A stretch of DNA of 64,000 nucleotides from contig NW_024704743.1 in assembly GCF_018977255.1 (NCBI RefSeq), positions 66,404,001-66,468,000 of the forward strand. The letters run 5' to 3'. Source of the stretch: Callorhinchus milii. Its lineage: Eukaryota. A model generated the notes under the pieces. That model ran no database searches. It was not told where the DNA came from and saw only the letters and a program-made list of their open reading frames with translations. A program made the translations under genes and the position numbers. This document shows, piece by piece, positions 25,120 to 37,556 of this stretch; within the stretch, counting starts at the first letter, position 1, and the number at the start of each line of letters is the position of its first letter.

Positions 25120-25400
25120 ATAAGGATGATCCCCAGTGATATAATCAACAATTAGACAAACTAGGGCTCTGCGATCTTAATAGAGACATCTCAGAGAGGT
25201 ACATAAGGTTTTAAATGGGATTGAGAAATAATAATACTTTGCCGAGGCAGCAGAACAAAAGGACACAGATTTAGGATCGCAAGGGGCTAATTCAGGGCAG
25301 ACATCAGGAAGTATATCCTTATCCAGATTAACGATAGAACAGATTACCGGGGAATATGATTGAGACTAAGGTGCTGGACTCATATAGAAACAGCTTGATC
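25120..25400 (+). mobile_element. CR1 3' remnant
   Basis: aaactagggctc...ttttaaatgggattgaga...agaacaaaaggacacagatttagg...ttcagggcagacatcaggaag. Confidence 0.7.
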
Positions 25401-25974
25401 CTGTGATGGGAAGGCACTCATGAGCTTCTTTTCCATCGTCTCCTTCTGCCCAATATTAGTGCTCAGAATAGCCTCTTTCAGCTCTTCCTTTCTAGTCTCC
25501 AGGGACACTCTCTTTCCCTCGTTCTTAACTTTCTGTTCCCCACAGAACCTCTGATGCATAACTCCTGTGCCTCCAGGAATTACATTTCCCAGATCCCAGG
25601 TGTAATTCTCTTTCAAACGCTCAGTCTGATCTTAGAATGCTGACCTTTGAAATCCCTCCATTTGTTCCTCTGGGTTAGAACTTATGATTGACAGCAGGGA
25701 TAAATTGTAAGGTAAGGACTGCTCTACCAGGCTCTATGGTACAAGTATCTGATCATTTTCAAGGAACAGCAAGCTTCAGGCAAGTGTCCTTGACAAAAGA
25801 TTAAAGTGCAGACAGAGTTAAGTGGAACTTGATGGCTACTGAAATTTTATTCCAAGGAAGTTAGCTGATGAATAATAATATAAATGTTTTTCAGTTTTCC
25901 TGGCTTTACATTCCTTCCTGACAAATTACATTCTGTCCATTTGCGACCAGGGCTCCCTCTGCCTCCTTCAGATC

Positions 25975-28735
25975 GTAGCTCTCACACCGCCTGCACTTCA
26001 TCTCCACAAACGGCTTCTCCTCTACCCCCCGGACTCTCTCGTGCGGCATTCCTCAGGGCTCTGTCTTTGGTCCCCTCCTCTTCAATATCTATACGCTCCC
26101 CCTTGGTGACATCATCCACAGACATGGGGTCAACTTCCACATGTATGCAGATGAGATCCAACTATATCTCTCTGTTTCCACTCTTGACTCCAGGACCACT
26201 GCTGTCCTGACAGAATGTCTGTCAGACATCAAGTCCTGGATGAGAGCGAACTTTCTTCAGTTGAACGTCAACAAGACCGAGGCTCTCCTGATTGGCTCCC
26301 GTCAGTGCCTCCTCACCTCAGGCACTGACAGTATCACCATCCATGGCTGCACACTCCACCTCACTAAGCCAGTCCGGAACCTTAGCATCTTGTTTGACCC
26401 TCAACTATCCTTTCTATGCCACATTCATGCCATGACCCAGTCTGCCTTCCCCCCTCCACAACAACAACAACAACAACAACAAGATTCCATTTATTGAGCG
26501 CCTTTCACGTCGGGAGGACGTCCCAAGGCGCTGTACAGTTGGGTCAGGACCCGAGCAGGGGGGAAATGGTCAGGGTGAGGGGAGGGAAGGGAGGGAGCGA
26601 GGAGGGGGAAGAGAGTCGAGAGGGGAGCTGAAGGCACGGTCAAAGAGAAAGGTCTTGAGACCGACCTTGAAGGAGGAAAGGGAGGAGGCGGTGAAGGCAC
26701 TGGGGATAGAGTTCTAGAGCCTCGGGGCTGAGAGGCTGAAGGCCCGACCACCGATGGTAGGGCGGTTGGGGCGGGGGATGTGGAGCAGACCGGAGCCAGA
26801 GGAACGGAGGGTACGGGCAGGTAGGTAGGGGGATAGTAGGTCGGAGAGGTAGGAGGGAGCGAGGCCATGAATGGCCTTGTAGGTGAGGATGAGGATCTTG
26901 AATTCGATCCTCTGGGGGATGGGGAGCCAGTGGAGGCGAGCGAGGGTGGGAGTGATGTGGTCCCGAAGTCTGGTGCGGGACAGTACACGAGCTGCAGAGT
27001 TCTGAATGACCTGCAGCTTGTGGAGGGAGGTGCCGGGAAGGCCGGCGAGGAGAGAGTTCCCATAGTCCAGCCTTGAGGTGATAAAGGCGTGGACCAGAGT
27101 TTCAGCAGCGTGAGGGGTGAGGTAGTGCCGTAGTCTGGCGATGTTCCGGAGGTGATGGAAGGCGGTGCCAGTTGTGGTGCGGATATGAGGGAGAAAGGAC
27201 AGCTCAGGGTCGAACAGAACGCCGAGGTTCCTGACTGGCTTTGAGAGGTGGAGAGTGCAGCCTTGGACGCTGATGGTGTCGGCGCCTGAGGTGCGGAGGC
27301 GCTGACGTGAGCCAATCAGGAGGGCCTCAGTTTTTCGCACGTTGAGCTGGAGAAAGTTATCTCTCGTTCAGGACTCGATGTCGGACAGGCAGCTGTCAGG
27401 ACATCGGTGGTCGTGGAGTTGAGAGTAGAGGAGGAAAGGTAGAGTTGGGTGTCATCCGCATACATGTGGAAGTTAACCCCATGTCTGCGGATGATGTCAC
27501 CACAGGGCGAGCATATAGAGGGTGAAGAGGAGGGGACCGAGGACAGAGCCTTGAGGGACACCGCATGAGACAGTACGGGGGGTGGAGGAAAAACCATTTG
27601 TGGAGACAAAGTGAAGACGGTGAGAGAGGTATGACCTAAACCACTCAAGGACAGGGCCTTGAAGGTTTAGGTGGGAGGACAAGCGGTGGAGGAGGATAGC
27701 GTGGTCGACCGTATCGAATGCTGCCGATAGGTCGAGGAGGACGAGGAGGCAGAGGGAGCCCTGAGATGGTCAGGATGTCATTGGTGACCTTGACCCGGGC
27801 AGTTTCTGTGCTATGGGCAGCACGGAAACCCGATTGAAGGGGTTCGAATAGTGAATGGTTGGAGAGGAAAGAGCGCAGCTGGGAGGCGACAACTCGTTCC
27901 AGGACCTTGGATAGGAAGGGGAGGTTGGAGATGGGCCGGTAGCTTGATAGCTGCGACGCATCAAGGGAGGGTTTTTTTAAGGTGGGAGTGATGATGGCAG
28001 TTTTTAAGGGAATGGGAATAGAGCCAGAGGAGAGGGACAGGTTGACGATGTCTGTGATATGTGGGGCAAAGAGGTGGAGCTGAGAGATAAGGAGTGGAGT
28101 GGGGATGGGGTCAAGGGAGCAGGTGGTAGGTTTCAGGTTTCATCGCCCGACTCCACCACTGTCTCACACCGCAGGTCTCCTCCCTCCATAGACTGCAGAT
28201 CATCCAGAACTCTGCAGCCAATGTCCTCTCCCACACCTGGCTCCACAACCCTATCACCCCTATCCTTGCCCGACTCCACTGGCTTCCCATCACACAGAGG
28301 ACACAGTTCAAGATCCTGATCCTCACCTTGAAAGCCCTCCATGACCTTGCTCCCCCCTACCTCTGCGACCTCCTAACCCCCTATCATCCTGTCCACTCAC
28401 TCTGGAACTCAGGCTCCGGGGGGCTTCATGTCCTGCTTCATGTCCCCCGCCTCACTCACCCCACCATTGGTGGGTGGGCCTGCCACCACACTGCCCCCAC
28501 TCTCTAGAACTCGATCCCGCAGTCCCTCCGTCTCAACCCCTCCTTTGCCATCTTAAGACCTGTCTCAAGACCCTCCTCTTCGACCGTGCTTTCGATCTCC
28601 CTGCTTCCCTCCCTACCTTCCACCTTCCCCCACCCCGACCACCAGCTTGGATCTGTAACTCTGTCTGTCAAGCGTCTTGGGACGTCCTCCCGACGTGAAA
28701 GGCGCTTTACAAATGTAATTTTGTTGTTGTTGTTA
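25975..28735 (+). mobile_element. Older L2 (RT to tail), split into 25975-26457 and 28141-28735 by a nested young L2
   Basis: GIPQGSVFGPLLF...MYADEIQLY...FDPQLSF; resumes catcgcccgactcc...LHWLP...tail gttgttgttg at 28735. Confidence 0.88.
26458..28120 (-). mobile_element. Young L2 LINE, 1.66 kb, 5'-truncated within ORF2
   Basis: [64 protein letters not shown] motifs with a few frameshifts or stops; CpG-rich; (GTT)n tail. Confidence 0.95.
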
Positions 28736-29289
28736 CCTGAAAATCAACATCGTGCCATCCAAATCCTGCTATAGTGAACAAATGGTTGACATCGGGGTCA
28801 TCTGGACACTGCTCATGTCATTTCTTGTACACCATGAATACTCACTATACACAGGAACACCTACTGACTTCATTTCACAAAGGAAGTGATGTCGATGGTA
28901 TTTCTTGCACAAAGCACCCACACGTAGTGCACAGCAATTGAAACTGATTGTCATATTTGCCTATAAATAGAATCATTAAACCTTACAGCAAAATACTGTG
29001 AAGTGTTTTGAGACATTTTACTAATGTGATAAGACCCTATACTAATGCAAGGATTATTATTATTAAAGAACACACAAAAAGTAGCAAAATAGATGCAGCT
29101 GAAATTTTCAAATATTTTACAATGATAATTTATTAAAGTAAGATTAATACTTCAGCTCTCCAAAAGAGCAGCTTTATTTTTATTTTCAATGTCAGTATCA
29201 ATGTGAGAGCTAGAAATGTGAGGAACAGTTTAGTCACAATGACAGGAGTCTCATACACCTGCCGGTTGTGTAATGGTTAATTTAAATGA

Positions 29290-29480
29290 CCCAAATTTAA
29301 CCTGCACCATCCAGGCCTTTCAACATTTCAAAGTCCTGTATCCAATCACTTCTCCATTTTCTTCTCTCCAATTGATAGTCAGATCTACCTATCCTTATAA
29401 TTTAGTACTTTGAATACCAGGAGGATCTTGGTCATTCTTCTCTGAACCTCTCTAATGTAGCCATGACCCTTTGTGGTGTC
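29290..29480 (-). mobile_element. CR1 remnant
   Basis: Reverse complement reads acattagagaggttcagagaagaatgaccaagatcctcc (LERVQRR.TK.IP-like). Confidence 0.55.
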
Positions 29481-30096
29481 AGTGTTTTAGTTATAAATGA
29501 ATCTGCAAGCAAAATATGCTAGGCTGTGAATTTACTGAAAGAACTGTATGAAATATATCAACTCACACATAGCTGCAACGTTGCCAGCCATTGTAAATGT
29601 TCCCTGAACACTTAGTGATATACAATATCTCAATGTAAACTCACAGTCATGAAGTATTATGGAGGAATGTTTTTTCTCATTGCTATGGCTTTGAGGGAGT
29701 AGGCAGTACTCAGAGTGCTGAGAGAAACCAGACAATCTGGTTCACAGGTTCTTCAGCTTTCTGTCTTACCTACTGGCACCATATATAAGAAATGTCTATT
29801 TTAAGTCTCTTGGAAGATGTGCTTAGCTGTTGTATTTGTTTTCTACTCTGAAGTGCTCTCTCTAAGGGCCCTCTTTCCATTCTTAGAAAAATAGCCACCT
29901 TTTCCTCCAGATGAGCCCTTCAGACACATTCAGCGTTTAAGATTATCAACATCTGCCTGTATTTTTCCCAAATGTGCGGTTCATCTGGCAAACCACTATG
30001 AATTAGGTAAAGAAGTGTATTGCTGACTAAATGTATTTTAGCTCTTCAAACTAGTTTTCGGGCAGCCAAAGCTTGTAACTCACAATTTAATACTCT

Positions 30097-30108
30097 ATTG
30101 TGTGTGTT

Positions 30109-30154
<46 letters not shown>

Positions 30155-30162
30155 AGAGAGAG
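30097..30162. repeat. (TG)n(AG)n compound microsatellite
   Basis: Directly visible. Confidence 0.95.
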
Positions 30163-30263
30163 TATACAACAACAACAAAATGATATTTCTAAAACGCCTT
30201 TCACGTCAGGAGGATGTCCCAAGGCACTGGACAGACAGTTACGGACCTGAGCTGGGGATTGTC

Positions 30264-30404
30264 ATTATAATATTAATGAGTATAGTCATTAATATTATAA
30301 TGTTAATTATAATATAAATAAATTATAATATTATAATTAACATTATAATATTAATAACAATTATACTTATAATTAATTATAATATTAATGAGTATAGTTA
30401 TTAA
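30264..30404. repeat. AT-rich palindromic/direct repeat block
   Basis: Perfect 27-bp inverted repeat (30288-30314 / 30329-30355) bracketed by direct repeats attataatattaatgagtatagt. Confidence 0.85.
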
Positions 30405-31004
30405 GGTAAAGAATAAATGTGCTGGAAACTGTTCCCCCCTCCCCCCCTCCTCCCCATTGTATTAAGTGACTTTATCAAGTATACTCTCAGGTAAGGAACA
30501 GTATGTAAAGTAAAGAACTTCACTTGCATAAAGCCCCAAGCTAAAATTTCAGTCACAGAAAAATTATCCCCCTCTCAGTTCAGTATGACAATTTTATTGT
30601 GCAATCCTACCTCTCAAAAGGCTTCTCTAAAGGTAACTAGTTTGGTGTAAGGTATTTAAAAAGTACACTGATAATTACCTCTAAAAATTGAAATGTATCA
30701 AAAAAGTGAAATACAATCTAGCTCACAAAGGTTCATAAAACAGTCAGCTGAGAATGCAGCAGTGAATGTTGTAGGAATTTAGACTACTCAAAGATTTTCC
30801 AAACTGTTCTGTTTGATGAAAAAGTTGAACAAAAGTTTGATTCATCTGTCCCAAATTTCCTATTTTAGTAAAAAAGAAAATGCATATGCTATATGTGCAT
30901 ATATATATATACTTCAAGTTTGCCTAACTGAATTCGAGTTAGACTGCTATTCTATTTAGTGTCTCAAAAACACAGCTCTACACAATCAGGAACAGAAATA
31001 AAAG

Positions 31005-31400
31005 ATAATCCTTCCATTTGATAGAATGTCTTTCGCATCAAGGAGGACATCTCAAAGTGCTTTACAGGATTTACTGTAAAGTGATGTGACTGTATATTTA
31101 TATGCAAAACGCTGCAGCCAATTTGTGCACAGTAATATCCCACAAACAGCCATAAAGTGAATGACCAATATTATCTGGAGAATTGTTGGGATACATTAGG
31201 GTGAGGGAAAAAACTAACAAAATTAAAAAAAAACTTGGGATCTTTAAAGTCAATCCAAAGAGACAGATGGAATCTTGGTTGAACATCTCATCCACAGTAA
31301 AGCACCTCCAACAACGCAGGTTATCCTCAGCATTATGTGGGGCTACACTGCACAGTTTATGTGCATTCAATACAATTTCACATTGAACCAACACAATTCC
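31005..31400 (-). mobile_element. SacSINE1-like Deu-SINE
   Basis: Tail aatccttccatttgata, Deu core gcagccaatttgtgcacag, gggatcttta body. Confidence 0.7.
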
Positions 31401-31701
31401 GAAGTTTAAAGTTCTGCATACCTGTTAAGAGGAATTACAGTAGTCTCACAACGAGCTGTATAAGTTCATTCAAGTTCAAACAGGAAATCAACAAAAACAC
31501 AGAAATGTAAAACAGTGATCAATTTAAAAAATTGGATTCAAGCCTTTCGTCTGCCAAGACCTTTTTGCACAAAGTAACTATCCAGCAAATAAGAACAGTT
31601 CTTGAGGGCCTCAGTGGACAGATGTTTTTCCTATGAAGATGTGCTATTTGAATTTTACTTAGCATCTAAATTATATAAACATCCTACCTGGAATAACAAG
31701 T

Positions 31702-32847
31702 CCCAAATTCCACCTAGACTTATGCTGTAAGAATATTTGCCTTAAAATTTAATGATCACATAGAATTATGGAAAATTCTTAAATTCAGTGATAGAATCAT
31801 ACAGATTTACAGCACACAAAAAGGTCATCGAGTCTTTAGCAGCTCTCAGAGTAAGCTGTACTTTCAATTTCACTGTCCTGTCTTATCCCCCTTCAAGTCT
31901 ACTATGCACAATGGACTCTGCCTCTCCCACCTTACTTGCAGGGTATCCCACATCTCAACAATCCTCTGTGTTAGTCTTAATTTATACACCAGCTTTTCAT
32001 AGTTCTTAAAAAGAACTGGCTTCCAAATTAAGACGGAGTGGAAGAATTTTCCGCAATGTTGCACAACCTTAATTTTTCTATTTTCGGGCAGCCGGGTGTC
32101 TTGTCACATGCCGAAATCAATCACCATGCTTAAGAGTATACAAACCAAACAGAGTTACATGCTTCTCACTTATACAAGGACTCTCCAGAGATGATTTAAT
32201 TGGAATGGAATACGCACTGTTTCCCTGGAAGGTTGTATTATGCTAAACAAATTCCCCAAAGTATCAGACGAAGGTTGGCAAGAGCCAAGGCTTGGGAACC
32301 CCAGAGTGTGCATTAGGGTACTGCTGGAGTTTAACCAGCTAAAATCGCATAGCTTGCCATTGAGGGCACTGCCTGGCAAGCTTTCCTGCTCCTTGTCCAG
32401 CTAGGACCACTATATCTGTTAGAATTGTACCTTGTAGGGTTAATGGGATCTAAGTGGGAAAAGTTCTTGCCCCCAGTGACTGGTCTGCCCTTCCAAGTCC
32501 TGTCGATGAGCCAGACTGGCTGTGCTTTCATTACCTGTGCCCTAGAATACTGAGGACCCAGTTGGCTCAGGGATTGGACTACTGAGACCACCATAGAGGA
32601 CTGGATCAATTCTGACAGTTTCTTGCCAAACATGTCACCTTGGAGGCAGGTCAGCTCCAAGGAGACCCTACTTCCATCGTCATCAGCCCCCCGCCGCCCA
32701 GGAGCACAGTCACTAGTTGGTCGTTTGACATCTGACAAGTGCGGGTTTGAGCCCTCACTAGGTGGATAGTAGGCACGACCAACTGCCTGCGGGTTTCCCT
32801 CAAGTAAAACACAATATTTTTACAGGCTGAAAGTAGGTGAAATTTCG
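31702..32847. mobile_element. Fold-back MITE split by two later insertions
   Basis: Left terminus aaattccacctagacttatgctgtaagaatatttg (31704) is the inverse of the right terminus caatatttttacaggctgaaagtaggtgaaattt (32811-32845); body resumes at 31970-32075. Confidence 0.7.
32072..32800 (-). mobile_element. Unnamed RTEX-like non-LTR element (copy 3)
   Basis: Aligns with 45780-46320; bounded on both sides by host MITE sequence. Confidence 0.7.
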
Positions 32848-32960
32848 AATACTACATGGCCTATACAGCAGAATAGGCCATGAATTGCTGAAAGTTTTAA
32901 CAATGATGTAGGGTTGAAGGAAAGGGAGCAAGAGATGTGGGCAGAATTTGTAGTAAATGC

Positions 32961-33165
32961 AATAATCCCTCCAAAACCAAAACAATAACAAATTGGTCAT
33001 TTTCAATCTACCGACGGTTTGTGGGACATTGCTGTGCGCAATTGGCTGCCACGTTCGCCCACAAACATACAGTCAACTCATTTTACAGTGTGTTCTGTGA
33101 AGCGCTTTGGGACGTCCTCCCGACGTGGAAAGCGCTATATCAAATGCAAGGATTATTATTATTAA
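32961..33165 (+). mobile_element. Young Deu-SINE, 5'-truncated
   Basis: Near-identical to 23620-23820. Confidence 0.9.
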
Positions 33166-33649
33166 TATTTATCACAGTTACAACAAAAACAACTTGCATT
33201 TATAAAGCACCCTTCACGCGGTGCAGTGTCTTAGAGTGCTGCACTTTAATGGGCTTGAGGTCAACCCCCCAACACCATTTTCAAGGGTGAAGTGAATGAA
33301 GCTGGACCTTGATGTTGGATTTCCCGATTGCGATTGTGGCCTTCTGCTGCCAGTTAATGGGATGCCAGCCACGCTGAGATTTTATTTATTACAAATGTGC
33401 AGGTTGAAAGACCCAGTTTTGCTCATGATTGAAGCAAACACATAACCAGTAGTCATTCCACCCTTTCTGATACTCTGCTGAATTTATTTGAATTGCAATA
33501 AAAACTTTTGTCTGAAGTCGGCTGCCAAGAAAACAATGGGGTAAATGTGGAATTCTTAAACGTGATCCATTTCTTATCTAAGGAACACCAGAAGGGGTTG
33601 ACCTACACCACCCAGTTCAGGTTTCTAAATCACCATCACTCTAAATGAC

Positions 33650-36600
33650 TCTCCTCCCACCACCCTCTATGTCTCTCGTCCTATCCCTCTCTGTTCGCTA
33701 TTCCCCCTCTGTTCTTCTCTCCCATCCCCCTCCCCACCTTCCCTCTCTCCTCGACCCCATCACCACTTCCCTCTGCTCCAGCCTGGGCATCCTCCACTAG
33801 GTCCATCATGGCTCCCGGCACTGGCTGTCCCACAGCAGCAACCCCACATGTCCAATCATTCACTCCCTCCGCTCAAACTGCCTCCTTAAGGCAAACAAAA
33901 CTGCCCCCTCCCTCATACATACCCTCCCCAGCTCTCCACTCACATTACTCTCCACAACCATCTCTCCTGTACACCCAAAAATCCTCTCCATATCAAACTC
34001 TCCTCTCTCTCCTCCCTCCCCTCCCTCCTGCAAACCCACCCGCATTTTCCTCCAAAACGTCTGTTCCTTCTCAAACAAAGCCCTCACCATCCATGACCTC
34101 ATCCTGGATAAACACCTTGACATTCTTGGGCTCACCGAAACCTGGCTCTCCCCCAATGACCCCGTCCCCCTAGTGGAAGCCTCTCCTCCAGGCTACACCT
34201 TCCACCACACCCTCCGTCCAAACCCACACGGTGGCGGTGTGGCCTTCATTTCCGAAGCCTCCTTTGATCTTAACCCCTACTCCTCTGGCTGCTTCCCCTC
34301 CTTCGAGCACCTCACTCTCTTCCACCCCTCCCTCCCATTGAATATCCTCCTTGTCTACCATCCCCCTAAGCCCCCCAGCTCCTTCCACACAGACATCTCT
34401 ACTCTCCTCTCTTCCCTGTCCCTCTGCTCCGAGCGCCTGCTCACAATGGATGATTTCAACCTCCACCTAAACTCCCCTTGCACTACTTCTGCCAATTTCA
34501 CTGCCCTCCTCTCCTCCCTAAACCTTTCTTATAAATTCACACACCCATAACGTGGTCATGGCCTTGACCTCGTTATCACCCATGGCCTTGACATTTCCGA
34601 CCTCAGCATAGTGGACAAGGCCATCTCGGACCACTTCCTGATCTCCTTCTCCTCCCACATCCCTCTCTCCTCCACCAAGCCCTCAACCATCCTCTACCGC
34701 CCTTGGAAAAGGCTATCCCCTGAGACCCTCACAAAGACCCTCGCATCATCAAACATCCTATCTCTCTGGCCTTCCACCTGCAGAAATCCTGAAGCAGCTG
34801 TCCAGCTGCTCCATGATCGCCTCTCCTCCACCTTCAACTCCCTCGTCCCCCTGAAATCCAGGACCATCTCCAAACCCACCCGATCCCTCTGGTACAACAA
34901 CCATCTCCGCTGCCAAAACACCCAAACCCGTCTGCTCAAGCGCAGATGGCAGAAAACTGGCCTGACAGTCCACCGCCAACTGTGGCTGGAGTATCTCCAC
35001 AGCTACCGCCGTTCTTTGACACGCACAAAAACTACTTCTACAACATCGTGTTGGAGGCTAAACACAACCCTAAAATCCTTTTTGTCACCACCCATTACCT
35101 CCTCCGCACCCCCCTCAGGTCTCCTCAGTCTTCATATCAAATGCCAAGTGCGAGGAGGTCATGGACTTCTTTTCATCTAAAATTCACAACATCCGCCAGG
35201 CAGCCTCATCCACCTGCCTCTTGTCACCCACCACCGTCCCCTCTCTGTCCCCCTCATCCTCACCATCATCTGCTCCTATCACCACCCCCATCCTACATTC
35301 CTTCCTCCCCATCTCTCCCTCCTCCCTCTCACCCACCATGACCTCCATGAAACCCACCATCTGCTGCGTCGAACCCCTCCCCACCAACTTGCTGGTCACC
35401 CAGCTCCCCCTCCTCTGCCCACTACTGGTTGACGTCATCAACCAGTCCCTCTCCTCCGGATCAGTCCCTGCCCCCCTCAAAACTGCTGTCATCACCCCCT
35501 CAAGAAACCTTCCTTAGATCCCTCAAACCCCAGTCACTATCGCCCTATTTCTAACCTGCCCTTCCTCGCAAAAGTCCTAGAACGCGTTGTTACCAATCAA
35601 CTTCGCGCACACCTCTCCTCCCACTCCCTCTTCGAACCCCTCCAGTCCGGTTTCCGCCCTGCCCACAGTACAGAGACTGTGCTTGTGAAAGTCACAAACG
35701 ACATCCTCTCTATCTATTACCAGGGCTCCCTCTGCTTCCTTGTCCTCCTGGACCTCTCCACGGCGTTCGACATGGTCGATCACTCCATCCTCCTCCACCA
35801 CCTTTCCTCCGTCATCCACCTCAGTGGACTGCACTCGCCTGGTTCGAATCCTACCTCACAAACCGCCAGCAGTACATCTACACAAACGGCTCCTCCTCCC
35901 GCTCTCACCCGGTCACCTGCGGAGTACCCCAGGGATACATCCTTGGCCCCCTCCTCTTTCTGATCTACATGCTCCCTCTTGGAGATGTCATCCACAGACA
36001 TGGGGTACATTTCCACATGTATGCGGACGACATCCAACTCTATTTTTCCACCTCTCTTTGCGACCCCCAGTCCCCTGATGTTCTATCAGCCTACCTGTCA
36101 GATCTCAGGGGCTCGATGAGTGCAAACTTCCTTCAGCTGAATGTTGACAAGATGGAAGCCATACTCTTTGGCTCTCGTCAATGTCTAAAATCTCATGGCT
36201 CTCACCTCCTCCACCTACCCGACCTCCCCCTAAAACTCTCCGAACCCGTACGCAACCTAGGCGTCGGGTTTGACCCCCAATTATCCTTCCTCCCCCATAT
36301 TCAGTCCCTCACCGCCTTCTTCCACCTCCGACGCATCGCCCGCCTCCGCCAATACCTCTCTCCGAAAGCCGCTTAAACGCTGGTCCATGCCTTTGTCACC
36401 TCTCGGCTGGACTACTCTAACGCCCTCCTCACCGGTCTCCCATCCACTACCACCCATAAAATCCAGATCATTCAAAACTCTGCCGCTCACATTCTCACCC
36501 GCACCAAACTCCGCTCCCCGATTACCCCACTGCTTGCCAGACAGCACTGGCTCCTTATCCCAGAGAGGATCAACTTGAAGATCCTCACCCTTGTATTCAA

Positions 36601-36962
36601 ATACCTCCACTCCTCTGCACCCCCCTACCTCTCTGACCTCCTCTCTCCTCAAAACAGTACCCATTGCCTTTGTTCCTCCAGGTCTGGCGTCCTCCTCATC
36701 CCCGAGTCCTCCGCTCCACCCTCGGCGGCCGTGCCTTCAGCCACTATGCCCCGAGGCTCTGGAATTCCCTTCCTCACTCCCTTCGCCTCGCTCCCTCTCT
36801 TCCTATTTTCAGTTCTCTGCTGAAGACCTTTCTCTTCGACCGCGCCTTTAGTCACCTTTCTCCCCCTCCCCCTGGCTCGGTCCCAGGATCCGTTACTGTG
36901 AAGTGCTCTGAGACGCCGTCTGGCGTGAAGGGCACTATATAAATCCAAGTTGTTGTTGTTTG
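33650..36962 (+). mobile_element. Near full-length ORF2 L2 LINE (APE endonuclease + RT), pseudogenised
   Basis: LQNV...LGLTETWL...GGGVA...SFEHL...DDFNLH...LDLVIT...ISDH (APE); [47 protein letters not shown] (RT and C-terminus); multiple frameshifts and stops; (GTT)n tail. Confidence 0.95.
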
Positions 36963-37556
36963 TCACCCTGAAGCAAGCAATTTTTTTGTAAATATTTTGC
37001 CCTATATTAGGCTCTGGGCTATTTTGGTTTGTTTAATTTTACTTTTTTAATGTTTATCTACATAGGAGAGCTGAAATTCCCACTCTCCTAGTCAAAACAA
37101 AATAATTTTCAGCGATCGTTCCGGAGGCACAGATGGTCTAATTTGCATCATGGTCCATTTGCATCATTAAAATGTTCCATTCTCAAATTAAAACAGCTTT
37201 TTCAACCTAATATAGTCATAACGTTGGCAACACTGGAGAAGGAATCCAGGTGACATGTTCACTGGGGTACTTAACAGTTCAGGTCATAATGGGAACGCAG
37301 TTGGAGTGAGATGTGACATTCTTTTTTGTGAAATAGAGAAAAATATATAAATTCTTTGTTGGCCCCTTCTTAACTTTATGCTAAACTAATTGAGTTATTT
37401 GATTTAATCTGAAGGTGGTAAATGGAGAGGGGGTGGGGAGCTGTTGAAACCCATAAAAAACTCCATACCCCATCACACCAGTCCTTGCCAGGCTCCACTG
37501 GCTCCCAATCACCGAACGGATCGATTTCAAGATCCTCTCACTCGTTTTCAAACAAG

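Noticed and set aside
26491..27315. 274-aa Pro/Ser-rich ORF (also 20182-20796, 38536-39198) as a novel protein
   Set aside because: Alternative frames of the C-rich L2 ORF2/3' UTR; repeated in each L2 copy
33808..36942. Functional reverse transcriptase/endonuclease gene
   Set aside because: Multiple frameshifts and in-frame stops fragment the ORF; a dead L2 copy
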